Shown in pieces: positions 19,269-29,585 of a stretch of 55,692 nucleotides of DNA. Below the pieces are notes generated by a model. It saw nothing but the letters and a program-made list of their open reading frames with translations, did no database searches and was not told where the DNA came from. The translations under genes were made by a program, and so were the position numbers. Source of the DNA: a virus (lineage: Duplodnaviria; Caudoviricetes); IMG/VR virus record IMGVR_UViG_3300029787_000058, positions 1 through 55,692 of that record; one strand, given 5' to 3'. Position 1 is the first letter of the stretch. Each line of letters begins with the position of its first letter.

Positions 19269-22200
19269 ATGAATGAAGAAGAACTAAAAGAACTACAGCG
19301 ATTGTATGATGGGGGCGTTCAGTTGGACGTTGTCAAAGACCGCCTGGTTGCAGGCGGCCAAGAGCAAGTTATTCCAGAGGTAGAGGAATTCTATCAAAAA
19401 AAAAAAGACTTTGGAGTCGAAGATACAGTCTCCGAATTGGAAGATACTGTCTCTCTTTCGAACTTACCAGTCACTCTCGCGGCTGAACAGTTACCTGAGA
19501 AGTTCAACGAATTTGCTGAAAAGAGTCCTTCGTTTGCCCCTAGAAATGGCATAGTAGAGGATGTTCTTGGAACTGTTTCTGACGACCCTTCGGAAGGTAA
19601 GCGTACTCTTTTAATAATAGATGACAACCCTAGTGAGTTAGGCCGTCTTTGGAATCGTGCTATTTCAAGGGGAAGACTTGCAAGTTTACTGGCAGAACAA
19701 AGAACCACAGGGTACACTAACCTAGAAGATGTTGCTTATTATAGTGATATTGCACAAAGAGATGCTCCAAAAGAATCAGACATTTTAAAGGTAAATCAAG
19801 ACAATCATCCCATTGCTTCTTTTGTTCTAGATCTTGCAACCATGATACCTGAAAGTTTGATCGCAAGTTTTGCTGCCCCTGAAGTAACTGTTCCTGGAGC
19901 GCTTGCCGGTGGCGCTGCGGGTTCAGTTATACCCTTTTTCGGAAACATAGGTGGTGCATTAGCAGGATTCTTTGGTACAGGTTCTGGCGCTCTTGAATAC
20001 GCAGGATCTTTCTTTGACTCTCTTCAAGAAGAGGGCGTGGATGTAACTGATGAGGCACAATTAAGAGAAGTTCTTTTTAAAGAAACTCCAGAGGGCGAAA
20101 AAAAATTACAACAAGCAGCGCTTAGAGGTAGGCAAAAGGGAATTCCTATAGGCATACTTGATGGCATAACAGCGGGACGAGGTGGTCAGTTTTTAAAACA
20201 AGCGATCAAAAAGGGAACATCAAGAAATATTGCGGCATTAAAAGAAATTGGTTTTGACTCAGCACTAGGATCAGGTGGTGAGTTGATTGGACAGGCTGCC
20301 CAGGGTAAGGATATCCAATGGAGAGATGTGTTACTAGAAGGTGCGGCAGGCCCCTTCACAGGAGCCCCAGGTGCTATATATAATTACTATGCTACTGAGG
20401 CGCTAACTCCAGGGGAAAGAAATTATTCTAAATGGGCAGGTACTCAAGATCCTAAAAAATTAAATCAGAGCATGGCGGTGGCTTTGGCATCTGACAATGG
20501 TCGTATAGGTGTTATCGATTCTGATATTAAAAAGATTAAAAGAGATTTAAAAAAGCCTGGTCAAAATCCAACTGTTAGAAAAGCATTAAGTGAAGACCTT
20601 AAAAAACTGACTAATCAAAAATATACTTCTCTTCTAGAAATACAACAACAATTAATAGGCCTGAACAGCGAAACATTTTCAAAGGCAGCAGACATAACTC
20701 AAGAAATATTTGCATCTAACGAAGTGTTAAGAGGTGATGATAGACTTTCTACTACAGAAAGAGCAGCACTTGAGCGACAAATAAATGAAAAAGGAAAGGA
20801 GTTAAATGAACTAACTAAAATACAGAAAGATGATACGCAAAGTCAACAACAAGTACAGAGTGACATCCAAGAAAGGCAAAAATTTAGGGGAATACCAAAG
20901 TCTGAAAGAGGCTCAAAAAAGACTGAAAGTGGTAGAATACTTCAAGAACGCACAGAGGAGATAGAATTAGATAGTGATTTATTAGAAAATTCTAGAAATA
21001 AATATAACGAATTAGGATATCTAAACCTATTAGATCCTAATGATGCCGCTGTATTATCTGAAGAAATAGGAAACCTAAGTCCGGGAGATCGTGTAGAGGT
21101 AGAAAAAATGATATTAGCATCTGAGGCATTTAAATCTTTAAACCCTAAAGCAGAGAATTTTATAATAGGATTCACGGAAGATGGTTATAAAAACGCAGGT
21201 AAATCCATTGGTTTTGAAAACATAGATGGTACTTTGGGTATGACTTCTACCACCAAAGCAGATGGTACTAGAGCAGTTGGTGATAATATTATACAATTAT
21301 TGGGGTCTAAAAGAAAAAGAAAAAGAGCAGACAGGGTTGCGTATAAAACTGCATATCATGAAATTCTTCATAATGTTTTTGCTGATTATTTTGATGCTAA
21401 TCCTGTAGACTTTAATCAGTTTAGAGACTTAATTGTGAATCGACTAAAGCGTTCTGACGTTAAGGAACTTAATGAGTTTGCAGAACTATATGAAGAAAGA
21501 TCTACTGGTTCTTACAAGTCTGAAGAATTTATGGTTGATCTCGGTGCTAAAATAGGAGCAGGTGAAATACAATTTTCTCCTACGTTTTTACAAGAATTAA
21601 AAGCAATTTTAAATAACATCATAAGAAAACTCACTAACGATAAAATACAATTGTTCGAAGACGCTGGACTTGCAAAGGATATAGAGGGTTATCTTACTGG
21701 TGTTACGGAGGCCATACGTACCGGGTCTGATTTAAGGAAAGTTAAAGTAGCAGACAGATTAAAAAGCGATAGATTTAAAAGAACTCCTGAAGGTGTAGAG
21801 GTAAAGATAGACCCTGAAACTCAAGAGGAAACATTTAAAGTTACTGAATCAAGAAATGTAGAAGGACGACCTGATCCCGAAACTTTTGAAAGACAGAAAG
21901 ATGTACTTGAACCTATCACTGATTGGATCAAATCCACTACTGACAAGACGTTAAAAGATTTAGAGAAAAGACTTGGTACAAGATTAAGAGGAGCGAATAG
22001 AAAGGTAGTACAAGCACAAGAGGTTTCTTCTTCTATGGTGTCTCAAATTTTAAATCGTTTATATGTTACTTCTAACCGAATAAAAAAAGCAGTCAACAAA
22101 TTATCTCAAGAAGATCAACAGCGGATAATGGATTTGACAAACGAATATTATTTTTCAAATATTCCCTTTAATCAAAAGAAAGCGCTCCAGGAAATTATAA

Positions 22201-24905
22201 ATCAAGATGAAAATCTAGCACAAGATATTGAGTTACTTAAATTTTTACTTGAAGATCAACAAAATAAAATCCTTAATAATCCTGCTTTTGATTCATTAAG
22301 TGATAATTTATTGGAAAAAATTAAAGATAGTGTGGGTGAATATGGTGTCCGATCATATAGAATATTTACAGACCCTAACTTTAAAATAGATCCTGAGTTA
22401 CGAAAGGCTGCCAAAAAAGATTTAATAGAACAAGCATTGTTTAAACTTCGACAAGAAATATTAGATGGCGAGGCTGAACTAGATGGTCTAGTAAAATATT
22501 ACGAAGCAAAAATCGAAAATGAAAATGTAGATTACACTGTTGAAGATGTAATAGGTGTAATTGAAAATGATCCTACAGGACAAGATGCTATTGATTTTGT
22601 TAATGAGTATGTCAATAGTCAGGTAAAAACTGTACAGCGAGATGTAAATAATACATTAAAGTTTTACGACGATGTAGCAAATAATAGAGCCAAAATAAGA
22701 AAAGGATATACCGGGGATCCTGAGATGGCTCAGGTTAGAGTTAAAGGTAAAAACTTAATGAAAAGAAAAGATCTTCCTGAGTCATTAAGAAAAATGATGG
22801 GTGAAGAAGATAATCCATACATTAGAATGGTAACCTCTGTTAGTAACATAGCACAGATGAACGCAAACTTTACGATGATAAATAAATTCAATGAGATATC
22901 TCGTGAAAGTGGAATGGGTCCTATGATATTACGTCCGGTCGAATACAGTCAAATGAAGAAAGTGTTGGCAGACCCAGAATTAGATTTGGCTCCAGAGGTT
23001 TTAACAAAATTTGCAAGAACTTTAGGATTGATAGATCCTGATGTAGACGTGCAAGTTATCATGGACGAACAAGGATTTGAAAATATTAGGCAGGCTCAAG
23101 ATTTTATTTCTGATTTTTTCCAAGATAATTATACAGTTGTTAACGACAGCAGATCTCCCATGAATGGTAAGGCTGTGTCTAATGAGTTCTTAGATATGGT
23201 TAAACAAACACCTATGTACCAGGCAAAAGGTGAAAGTTTAAAAGATACTTTTCTGCAAGGTTATTTTAATACCCTTTTACAAATGCGAAAGGTTAGGGTT
23301 CTTTACAACCTACCTACCTGGAGAAAAAATATAATGGGTGGGTGGTATTTCCTTGCCGCCAACGGTATGTTTGGTTATAGTCAGGAGCGAGGTGGCCTTA
23401 CTGTAATGAAAGATCTTAAAAATAGATTAAAGAAAATTAAAACTGGAGAGACTGATCCTGACATAGAAGCATTGCTTGACAAGGTTGGTGATTTAGGTTT
23501 GCTAGGGGCTTCATTAAATGCAGCCTTAGTGGGAGACATAAACGAGTCGTATTATGACATGGCATCTGGAGGAGACGCTAATGCTGCGTGGTCTTGGCTG
23601 CCTAAGTACTTGCAAGAGCAACAAAAAAAATTAGGCTCTAAGTCTTCTCGCATTGCTTATCAGTATGGTTTTATAGATGACTATACAAAACTTATTGCCT
23701 ACTTATCTAAAAGAGAAAACTTTGCTCGACGATTAACATCAAATCCTGAAGGTAAATCATACAGCGAATTAACTACACCTCAACAACAAGAAGTTGATCT
23801 TGCTGTGGTAGAAAGGATAAAACAAAATATGCCTACTATGTCTAGGATAAGTCCAATGTTTAGGAATATAATGCAGTTACCATTCGGAGACTTTTTGTCA
23901 TTTAGGATAGAAGCATTTCGAAGTTTCTTTTCAATATATCTGAATGCAATTAACGATATAAAGGAAGGTATAACCAATAATAATCTTTCTAAATCTCAGC
24001 GTAATGCTTTTATACTTGATGGGTTTAGATCTTTTTCTATGGGATTAGCGATGTCTAGTATGTCTGCGGCAGGTTATAAATTTATTGCTAATCAATTCTT
24101 GGATGATGAGGATGACGTAGAATTATCAAATGACGTAAGGGGTGTTAACTATGTTCTCCCGCCTTGGATGGTTGGTTCTAATATCATTCCTGTGTCGATG
24201 AATAAAGATGGAACTATGAGGTTTATAAATATTAGTTCTGAAGACCCTTATGATGAAATGCAAGGTTTGATTTATGGTAGAAAAGGAATATCAAGAAGCC
24301 AAAGTTTAATATCTATAGGTAGAGACTTTACAGACCCCAACCTCGCTGTTAGTTTATTAACTAATCTAATCGAAGGAAAGAACTCGTATGGTGCACCTAT
24401 AGTTCGTAATCAAGATGCAACATGGTTTAACAGGTGGATCATTGGTAGTACGTTAAGCGATTGGTCCAATGCTTATGGCTCATACATATTTAAAGAAATG
24501 TTTATTCCTCCTAATATCAACTACGTATCGAAACAAGTTCGTAAGCGAATTAAGGAAGGGGAAGAAAATCCTGATGCACAATTAGATCCTATCTCAACAG
24601 CGTTACAATTAGGTACATCATTGGTATTCAGGGACTACCCTGTTAATATTAGCAAACAATTTTATTATAACCTAGAGGATCAAAACTTTTTTACTCCGTA
24701 TAAAGATTTGTCTAAACGAGAAAAGTTCAACAGAAAAGTTAGGCTTAATGAAATCAAAACAGCATATGATTTTATAAGAAAATATGGATCTAAATTTGAT
24801 AACCAGGGAATCATTAGATCGGCTTCGAAGAGTATAAAAAATAAGTTCCGAAAGAGTAGAGCAGAACAGTTGTATCTCTTGTATAACATAGACTTGCCGG
24901 AATAA
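19269..24905 (+). CDS. Very large internal virion protein with zincin-like HExxH motif
   Basis: 1878 aa; G/A-rich membrane-active segment; AYHEILH...SEEF metallopeptidase-like motif; last gene of virion operon. Confidence 0.65.
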   Translation: MNEEELKELQRLYDGGVQLDVVKDRLVAGGQEQVIPEVEEFYQKKKDFGVEDTVSELEDTVSLSNLPVTLAAEQLPEKFNEFAEKSPSFAPRNGIVEDVLGTVSDDPSEGKRTLLIIDDNPSELGRLWNRAISRGRLASLLAEQRTTGYTNLEDVAYYSDIAQRDAPKESDILKVNQDNHPIASFVLDLATMIPESLIASFAAPEVTVPGALAGGAAGSVIPFFGNIGGALAGFFGTGSGALEYAGSFFDSLQEEGVDVTDEAQLREVLFKETPEGEKKLQQAALRGRQKGIPIGILDGITAGRGGQFLKQAIKKGTSRNIAALKEIGFDSALGSGGELIGQAAQGKDIQWRDVLLEGAAGPFTGAPGAIYNYYATEALTPGERNYSKWAGTQDPKKLNQSMAVALASDNGRIGVIDSDIKKIKRDLKKPGQNPTVRKALSEDLKKLTNQKYTSLLEIQQQLIGLNSETFSKAADITQEIFASNEVLRGDDRLSTTERAALERQINEKGKELNELTKIQKDDTQSQQQVQSDIQERQKFRGIPKSERGSKKTESGRILQERTEEIELDSDLLENSRNKYNELGYLNLLDPNDAAVLSEEIGNLSPGDRVEVEKMILASEAFKSLNPKAENFIIGFTEDGYKNAGKSIGFENIDGTLGMTSTTKADGTRAVGDNIIQLLGSKRKRKRADRVAYKTAYHEILHNVFADYFDANPVDFNQFRDLIVNRLKRSDVKELNEFAELYEERSTGSYKSEEFMVDLGAKIGAGEIQFSPTFLQELKAILNNIIRKLTNDKIQLFEDAGLAKDIEGYLTGVTEAIRTGSDLRKVKVADRLKSDRFKRTPEGVEVKIDPETQEETFKVTESRNVEGRPDPETFERQKDVLEPITDWIKSTTDKTLKDLEKRLGTRLRGANRKVVQAQEVSSSMVSQILNRLYVTSNRIKKAVNKLSQEDQQRIMDLTNEYYFSNIPFNQKKALQEIINQDENLAQDIELLKFLLEDQQNKILNNPAFDSLSDNLLEKIKDSVGEYGVRSYRIFTDPNFKIDPELRKAAKKDLIEQALFKLRQEILDGEAELDGLVKYYEAKIENENVDYTVEDVIGVIENDPTGQDAIDFVNEYVNSQVKTVQRDVNNTLKFYDDVANNRAKIRKGYTGDPEMAQVRVKGKNLMKRKDLPESLRKMMGEEDNPYIRMVTSVSNIAQMNANFTMINKFNEISRESGMGPMILRPVEYSQMKKVLADPELDLAPEVLTKFARTLGLIDPDVDVQVIMDEQGFENIRQAQDFISDFFQDNYTVVNDSRSPMNGKAVSNEFLDMVKQTPMYQAKGESLKDTFLQGYFNTLLQMRKVRVLYNLPTWRKNIMGGWYFLAANGMFGYSQERGGLTVMKDLKNRLKKIKTGETDPDIEALLDKVGDLGLLGASLNAALVGDINESYYDMASGGDANAAWSWLPKYLQEQQKKLGSKSSRIAYQYGFIDDYTKLIAYLSKRENFARRLTSNPEGKSYSELTTPQQQEVDLAVVERIKQNMPTMSRISPMFRNIMQLPFGDFLSFRIEAFRSFFSIYLNAINDIKEGITNNNLSKSQRNAFILDGFRSFSMGLAMSSMSAAGYKFIANQFLDDEDDVELSNDVRGVNYVLPPWMVGSNIIPVSMNKDGTMRFINISSEDPYDEMQGLIYGRKGISRSQSLISIGRDFTDPNLAVSLLTNLIEGKNSYGAPIVRNQDATWFNRWIIGSTLSDWSNAYGSYIFKEMFIPPNINYVSKQVRKRIKEGEENPDAQLDPISTALQLGTSLVFRDYPVNISKQFYYNLEDQNFFTPYKDLSKREKFNRKVRLNEIKTAYDFIRKYGSKFDNQGIIRSASKSIKNKFRKSRAEQLYLLYNIDLPE
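20830..20964 (+). CDS. Overprinted 44-aa basic protein in the +1 frame
   Basis: MIRKVNNKYRVTSKKGKNLGEYQSLKEAQKRLKVVEYFKNAQRR*; resembles a small phage protein pattern (S.KGKNLG.Y....EA.KRL...EYFK). Confidence 0.55.
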   Translation: MIRKVNNKYRVTSKKGKNLGEYQSLKEAQKRLKVVEYFKNAQRR

Positions 24906-24936
24906 TTTCAGATAATTATTTGTAATTTATAGTCAA

Positions 24937-24944
24937 TACCTTTG
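24937..24944 (+). promoter_or_regulatory. -7 promoter TACCTTTG
   Basis: Consensus match upstream of 24976. Confidence 0.6.
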
Positions 24945-24975
24945 TCACTCAAACTACTAGGTAACATAACATAAC

Positions 24976-25284
24976 ATGGGTAAAAGCAAGTCCGCTATAG
25001 ATAGATTAGATGAGTTCGGTGAAGACCGAGTCTTTGGAATTAGTATTAAGACGTTAGTCGCTATAAGTATGACGGTGGCAATAGCCGCCTCTGGTTATAC
25101 AATGATGACGAACGAGATCCAAATTGCTAAGGAGTTACCTGTTCCCCCTGTTACAGCAGAAGAGTTCAAGTTGCAGACAGAGATCATTGAGAATGCTATA
25201 ATTGAGACTCAGCAAGACATTGAAAATATAAACAGTAGCCTTAAAAAAATTGACGAGCGTCTTTATAATTTGTCTAGGAAATGA
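24976..25284 (+). CDS. Membrane-anchored coiled-coil protein (lysis-related?)
   Basis: One TM segment plus C-terminal heptads. Confidence 0.55.
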   Translation: MGKSKSAIDRLDEFGEDRVFGISIKTLVAISMTVAIAASGYTMMTNEIQIAKELPVPPVTAEEFKLQTEIIENAIIETQQDIENINSSLKKIDERLYNLSRK

Positions 25285-25718
25285 AATGTTCTACGCTAAG
25301 TCTGGCGTTTTTTGTAACTTTACTTCTAGTAATTTTAACTACAAGTTGTAGCACTCAATGGCATCTGAAAAGAGCAATCAAGAAAGACCCAACAATACTA
25401 GTACAGGATACAGCGATTGTTATGGATACGGTTGTCATCGAGAAGACTGCTGTGCTGGATTCGGTCATCACCTCAAAGGTGGATACGATAGAGATAGTGA
25501 AGAACAACTTCCGAGTGAAGATTATGCGCGCTTACGACACCCTCATAATAGATGGAGGCTGTGATGCTGATACAATAGTCAGGACTGTTAGCGTTCCCTT
25601 TGAAAAAATAGTTTATGTTGCCCACGATAAGTGGTATCACAAGATGTATAAAGGATCTTTCTTTCTGTTAACCGCTATTGCTTTATTCGCTTACGGTTAC
25701 CGTTTGACCAGGAACTAA
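25281..25718 (+). CDS. Lipoprotein with C-terminal TM helix (unimolecular-spanin-like)
   Basis: Lipobox LTTS|C, beta-rich DT-repeat middle, C-terminal GSFFLLTAIALFAYGY. Confidence 0.6.
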   Translation: MKCSTLSLAFFVTLLLVILTTSCSTQWHLKRAIKKDPTILVQDTAIVMDTVVIEKTAVLDSVITSKVDTIEIVKNNFRVKIMRAYDTLIIDGGCDADTIVRTVSVPFEKIVYVAHDKWYHKMYKGSFFLLTAIALFAYGYRLTRN

Positions 25719-26219
25719 CTCATGAAATCTTGAGTATGCTCCAAATACTACAGGCCATTCCCGCACCTCTTCAGGTTTATAATGTCCTACAATGTATTCG
25801 TGTTTTGAAGTAAACATAATAAAGACCATCTCATCACAGTCTTCTTTTTGCATTGCTCTTTCATTGGCTTTGAATGAACCTTCAGATGTTTTAATGCTCA
25901 CCTTTCTCACCTGTCCATTATGAACGACCTCAATATCATCGTCATGTTTTATGTCCTTAGTGTTTTTTAGCAATGTGGAAACAGAATAACGAGAATACTG
26001 CGGGGTAATTTCATAATAATATCTAACCAATAACTCTCCTAGAACTCCTACAAATTCAGTGTAGTATTCTCTTGACACCTCTCCTAACAACAGCGACTTC
26101 TTCATCCCTGTTCTTTGTCTGTGCGTTCCGTTATATCTTTCTTTATTAGCCTCTACTCTTCTGTGAGCAATGTCAGCAGCGTATTCCCTAAGATAAGGGG
26201 GAATGTCTACGCGTCTCAT
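25683..26219 (-). CDS. Hypothetical protein, possible PD-(D/E)xK nuclease
   Basis: G.LGE...DDDIEV...VSIKT spacing. Confidence 0.4.
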   Translation of the reverse strand: MRRVDIPPYLREYAADIAHRRVEANKERYNGTHRQRTGMKKSLLLGEVSREYYTEFVGVLGELLVRYYYEITPQYSRYSVSTLLKNTKDIKHDDDIEVVHNGQVRKVSIKTSEGSFKANERAMQKEDCDEMVFIMFTSKHEYIVGHYKPEEVREWPVVFGAYSRFHELVPGQTVTVSE

Positions 26220-27205
26220 GCCAACCCTTTGAGTCTTGTTTCATTAATACCATGAAGATCATACTCTTTTTTGCAATACTCATAAAGATTATTACCAAGA
26301 TCCTCTGCTTGTTCTAGTGTCATCTTACTAACGGCTTCTTTCCATTCGGCAGGAGAGTTGCAAAGCAATCCTGTTTTACCATGAATGATAGACTGCTTGT
26401 AGGGTCTTACATTACTAGCGATGATTGCAGTTTTTGTGAAGCCTGCTTCAACAACCTTTAGATCTGATTTGCATCTGTTAAATTTTGAATCTGCCAAAGG
26501 AGATATAGACACCTCAAACTTTTTATACAGGCTACCATATTCATGAGGTTCTACCGGAGTAATGGGATATTTTGCTCTTAAAAAATCAGAGTATATAGTG
26601 CCTACACCATTGAATGTACCTAGTCTGGTGCAGTATAGTTCATAATCCTCAAACGTCATTCCCAAAACTTTCAAGTCTTCATTGTGTCCGTTGGCTCCCA
26701 GGTATCCAAATCTTACAACACCTTTTGGGTTGTCGTCTTTTTTAATATCTCTCCATTGCTTTTCTTTTTGATAGACCGTATTAGGGACTACGTGAATAGA
26801 AACATCAGGATTAATCATAGCCATTCTGTTCTTTAAATATTCAGAAGGTGTCCATATTTCATCCGCTATTTTTATAGTGTTCAATATGTTTTTCTTTTCT
26901 ACGTTTTCGTAATGTTTTCTAGCAGGATTAGATTTAGGCAGTTCCCAAAAGTCATCATTGTCTAGGATCAATTTAATATTGTTCTTCTTTAAGAACTTTT
27001 TAAACTGTTTGTGATCGGAGACACTACATCTCCTGGAGATTACTAAATTTTTTACCTTACTTAGATCCCATTCTTTAAGTTGATTAAAGTTCTCAAAGTA
27101 ATGGGTGTTCAATCCCTTCTCTTCTTTCATTCTTATGAAAGGAGTAAGTATTCTATGATAATTAATACCGCTTAAACCATCAAGGTATATTAACGTCATC
27201 ATCAT
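26216..27205 (-). CDS. GT-B (GT4-like) glycosyltransferase
   Basis: G.NYHR..P, LDNDDFW, SPL...FNRCKSDLKVVEAG, IIASNV.PY. Confidence 0.85.
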   Translation of the reverse strand: MMMTLIYLDGLSGINYHRILTPFIRMKEEKGLNTHYFENFNQLKEWDLSKVKNLVISRRCSVSDHKQFKKFLKKNNIKLILDNDDFWELPKSNPARKHYENVEKKNILNTIKIADEIWTPSEYLKNRMAMINPDVSIHVVPNTVYQKEKQWRDIKKDDNPKGVVRFGYLGANGHNEDLKVLGMTFEDYELYCTRLGTFNGVGTIYSDFLRAKYPITPVEPHEYGSLYKKFEVSISPLADSKFNRCKSDLKVVEAGFTKTAIIASNVRPYKQSIIHGKTGLLCNSPAEWKEAVSKMTLEQAEDLGNNLYEYCKKEYDLHGINETRLKGLA

Positions 27206-27407
27206 AATACTCTAAGAGAGCCGCACGAATCATGTCAAACTCCATGTCTATGTCTCTCTTATATTTTCGGATTGTATTATGCAGTCTTTCTGCGTCAATC
27301 CTTGGCTTTCCTCCCTCGTCGTGCAGGCTTTCGTACAGGCTCGTTGCCGAGTTGTGTATTCTCGCTGTCGCTAGGAAGTAAGTCTGACTCAACGACTTTG
27401 TATCCAT
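27180..27407 (-). CDS. Hypothetical protein
   Basis: 75-aa helical ORF overlapping both neighbours. Confidence 0.6.
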   Translation of the reverse strand: MDTKSLSQTYFLATARIHNSATSLYESLHDEGGKPRIDAERLHNTIRKYKRDIDMEFDMIRAALLEYYDDDVNIP

Positions 27408-27765
27408 ATCCTTTTATTATTGCTACAAATTGATTCTTATCTAATGTTTCATCGTACCTCGTAGATTGTCCCTCAAAATATTTAGGGGAATCATCAACAA
27501 CGTAACCGTGGTTTCTAAGATAATCAGCCATAAATTTGCAACAACAAATAGCATTGTCAACATCGTAGCGACAATTGTACTTAACATCAATCCTAAACTT
27601 GTCCATAGTGAACCGATCAAATGCATCCATCGCACTCTCGATCTCCTTCCAGTAGTTGGCTTTATGTTTTGTTCGTATCGCGAAATGACCGCCTGCATAA
27701 AACTTGTTAAGTGATACCGGCTTCGGTAAAAATAATGTAATCTCCTGATAACCCTCTTCATCCAC
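27295..27765 (-). CDS. RusA-like Holliday junction resolvase
   Basis: PVSLN, DVDN, K...D.L...G.V.DDS catalytic pattern. Confidence 0.7.
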   Translation of the reverse strand: MDEEGYQEITLFLPKPVSLNKFYAGGHFAIRTKHKANYWKEIESAMDAFDRFTMDKFRIDVKYNCRYDVDNAICCCKFMADYLRNHGYVVDDSPKYFEGQSTRYDETLDKNQFVAIIKGYGYKVVESDLLPSDSENTQLGNEPVRKPARRGRKAKD

Positions 27766-27770
27766 ACTTA

Positions 27771-29585
27771 CTAATGTAAGTCTAAATGCTTGGTATTCAA
27801 AGAAAAAGTAGGAAAACTTTTCTCCCCTGTCCCAACATGAGTGAATCCTGTACGCGTTGAATTCATTCTCATAAGTATCGGTTCATCAAAAGGACTAGGA
27901 GCTCCACCTGTTTCTTGGTTCCTCATTTTTCTAATATGAATCTCTACCGTTCCCCTAATATCATAGTCCGGAGATGCAATTTTACGATGGAACGAGGCAA
28001 AAATATCCGAGCGGTTCACCATCTTGCCACCCCCTTCTGTGTCCTCAGCAAACGGAGCCATCTGTAAACCATCGGGACCCTTTCTTCTTGCTGCCTCTGT
28101 TATGGCGTGAGTGTTAAGCCATACAGCGAGATCGTTTTTATTACTGAACGTAAGCATTTCACTTGCTGCTTGGTAATGATACTCATGACTAGACAACTCA
28201 GCACCTTTGGACATTGTTATTTTCAAAGAATTATATGGATCAATAAAAAACCCATCGTATTTTTCTTGCCTAATTAACTTCTCAGCAAACACAATTAGAT
28301 CAGTGTAACTATAGACCTCATCATTACTTATTATAGTAAAGTGTTTGTTCACCCACTTAAATGCCTGGACTCTCTCTTCGTAATGCATCTGATCAATGGG
28401 TATGTCCATGAGAAATTCCATGAGTCTCATCTTTAATGCCGCTGTTTTATTCTCACTAGAATATATTATCCATCGCCATTGATGCAGTACAGCGGATGCT
28501 ACCATGAGATACAAACCCATAGTTGTTTTACCTACATTACTATGCCCATTAAAAATGGTAAACTCTTTTTTAAATAAGAAGTATTGATCTAACTTCTTAA
28601 TACCGGTGCTTAATCCTTTGGGTATTTCACCCTTAGCAAATTTCTCAATCCATTCTAGGTCACTATCATCCGAAGATATGAATGACATATCTCCATCAAG
28701 AATAAGCATTTCTCTTTTGATGCGCTGCTCATCATCAATCACTTCACGTATGGGCATCATCTTTCCCTGGGCAAGACCATCTGATATAGTCTTTTGCGCC
28801 TGATCCATGTCCTCAACAGTCTCTCTGTTCTCTAATTCACGAAGCATTATCCTGACAGCCTCAGACTCTTCCATCCTTCCTGCTGATATGTATCCACCAC
28901 AAAGAATAGCAGCCCTTAAAAGGATCGTATGTTTCTCCCCTTCTTCTGCCTTACGTAACATATGTGCTACAATGTCTATCTTTTCATAATCAGTTAGAAC
29001 TTTTTGTTGTACCCTTTCCTCTACCTGGGCATTCTCAGATAGCATATGCCCAAACACTTTACAGTCTTCTTTACTAATTAAGTCCGGGTCATAACTTTCA
29101 AAGCAGGCTCTTGCTTCATTAATACCTGATGCATCTACTTCTAATCCATAGTTTTTATCGAAGTATGCCTTTAATCCTCTGAAGTGATCTCTATGTCTTT
29201 CAGGGTTAGTTATTTTAATTAATACTTTAAGACCATCTCCAGAGGGAGAGACCCAACAGGCTCTAACAAAATCATCTGTACCTAATAAAGACTTATATAG
29301 TTCAACATCTATATGATCGAAGTCAAGAATAATGTTTCCACTATGACCTTTGATCTCATCATCTTTTCTCCCTGTAAAGACTCCTGAGAATAAAGCAATA
29401 GGTAATGTCTTCTTTAAAGATGAATCACCTTTCCTAAGTTTATTAATAGTTTTTTTATTCTTACCCTCACGTATACGATCTAACGCAGTTGACAGCGGAA
29501 GGTAATGTGGCTCTGTTGTGTTCGTTATCGATCCGAACATGGTGATCATTTCACTTGAACTCATCTGAATATTTTTCTTCTTCAT
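27771..29585 (-). CDS. Primase-helicase (VirE-N/BT4734-like N-terminal domain + SF4 DnaB-like helicase)
   Basis: K..LP...FSG.F, ILDFDH, SPSGDGLK, RACF.SYDP; Walker A GHSNVGKT; IDPYN; KMRN. Confidence 0.85.
   Translation of the reverse strand: MKKKNIQMSSSEMITMFGSITNTTEPHYLPLSTALDRIREGKNKKTINKLRKGDSSLKKTLPIALFSGVFTGRKDDEIKGHSGNIILDFDHIDVELYKSLLGTDDFVRACWVSPSGDGLKVLIKITNPERHRDHFRGLKAYFDKNYGLEVDASGINEARACFESYDPDLISKEDCKVFGHMLSENAQVEERVQQKVLTDYEKIDIVAHMLRKAEEGEKHTILLRAAILCGGYISAGRMEESEAVRIMLRELENRETVEDMDQAQKTISDGLAQGKMMPIREVIDDEQRIKREMLILDGDMSFISSDDSDLEWIEKFAKGEIPKGLSTGIKKLDQYFLFKKEFTIFNGHSNVGKTTMGLYLMVASAVLHQWRWIIYSSENKTAALKMRLMEFLMDIPIDQMHYEERVQAFKWVNKHFTIISNDEVYSYTDLIVFAEKLIRQEKYDGFFIDPYNSLKITMSKGAELSSHEYHYQAASEMLTFSNKNDLAVWLNTHAITEAARRKGPDGLQMAPFAEDTEGGGKMVNRSDIFASFHRKIASPDYDIRGTVEIHIRKMRNQETGGAPSPFDEPILMRMNSTRTGFTHVGTGEKSFPTFSLNTKHLDLH

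Noticed and set aside
19396-19406. A11 tract as programmed slippage site
   Set aside because: In frame (QKKK); the shifted frame I checked closes within about 30 codons; no supporting structure seen.
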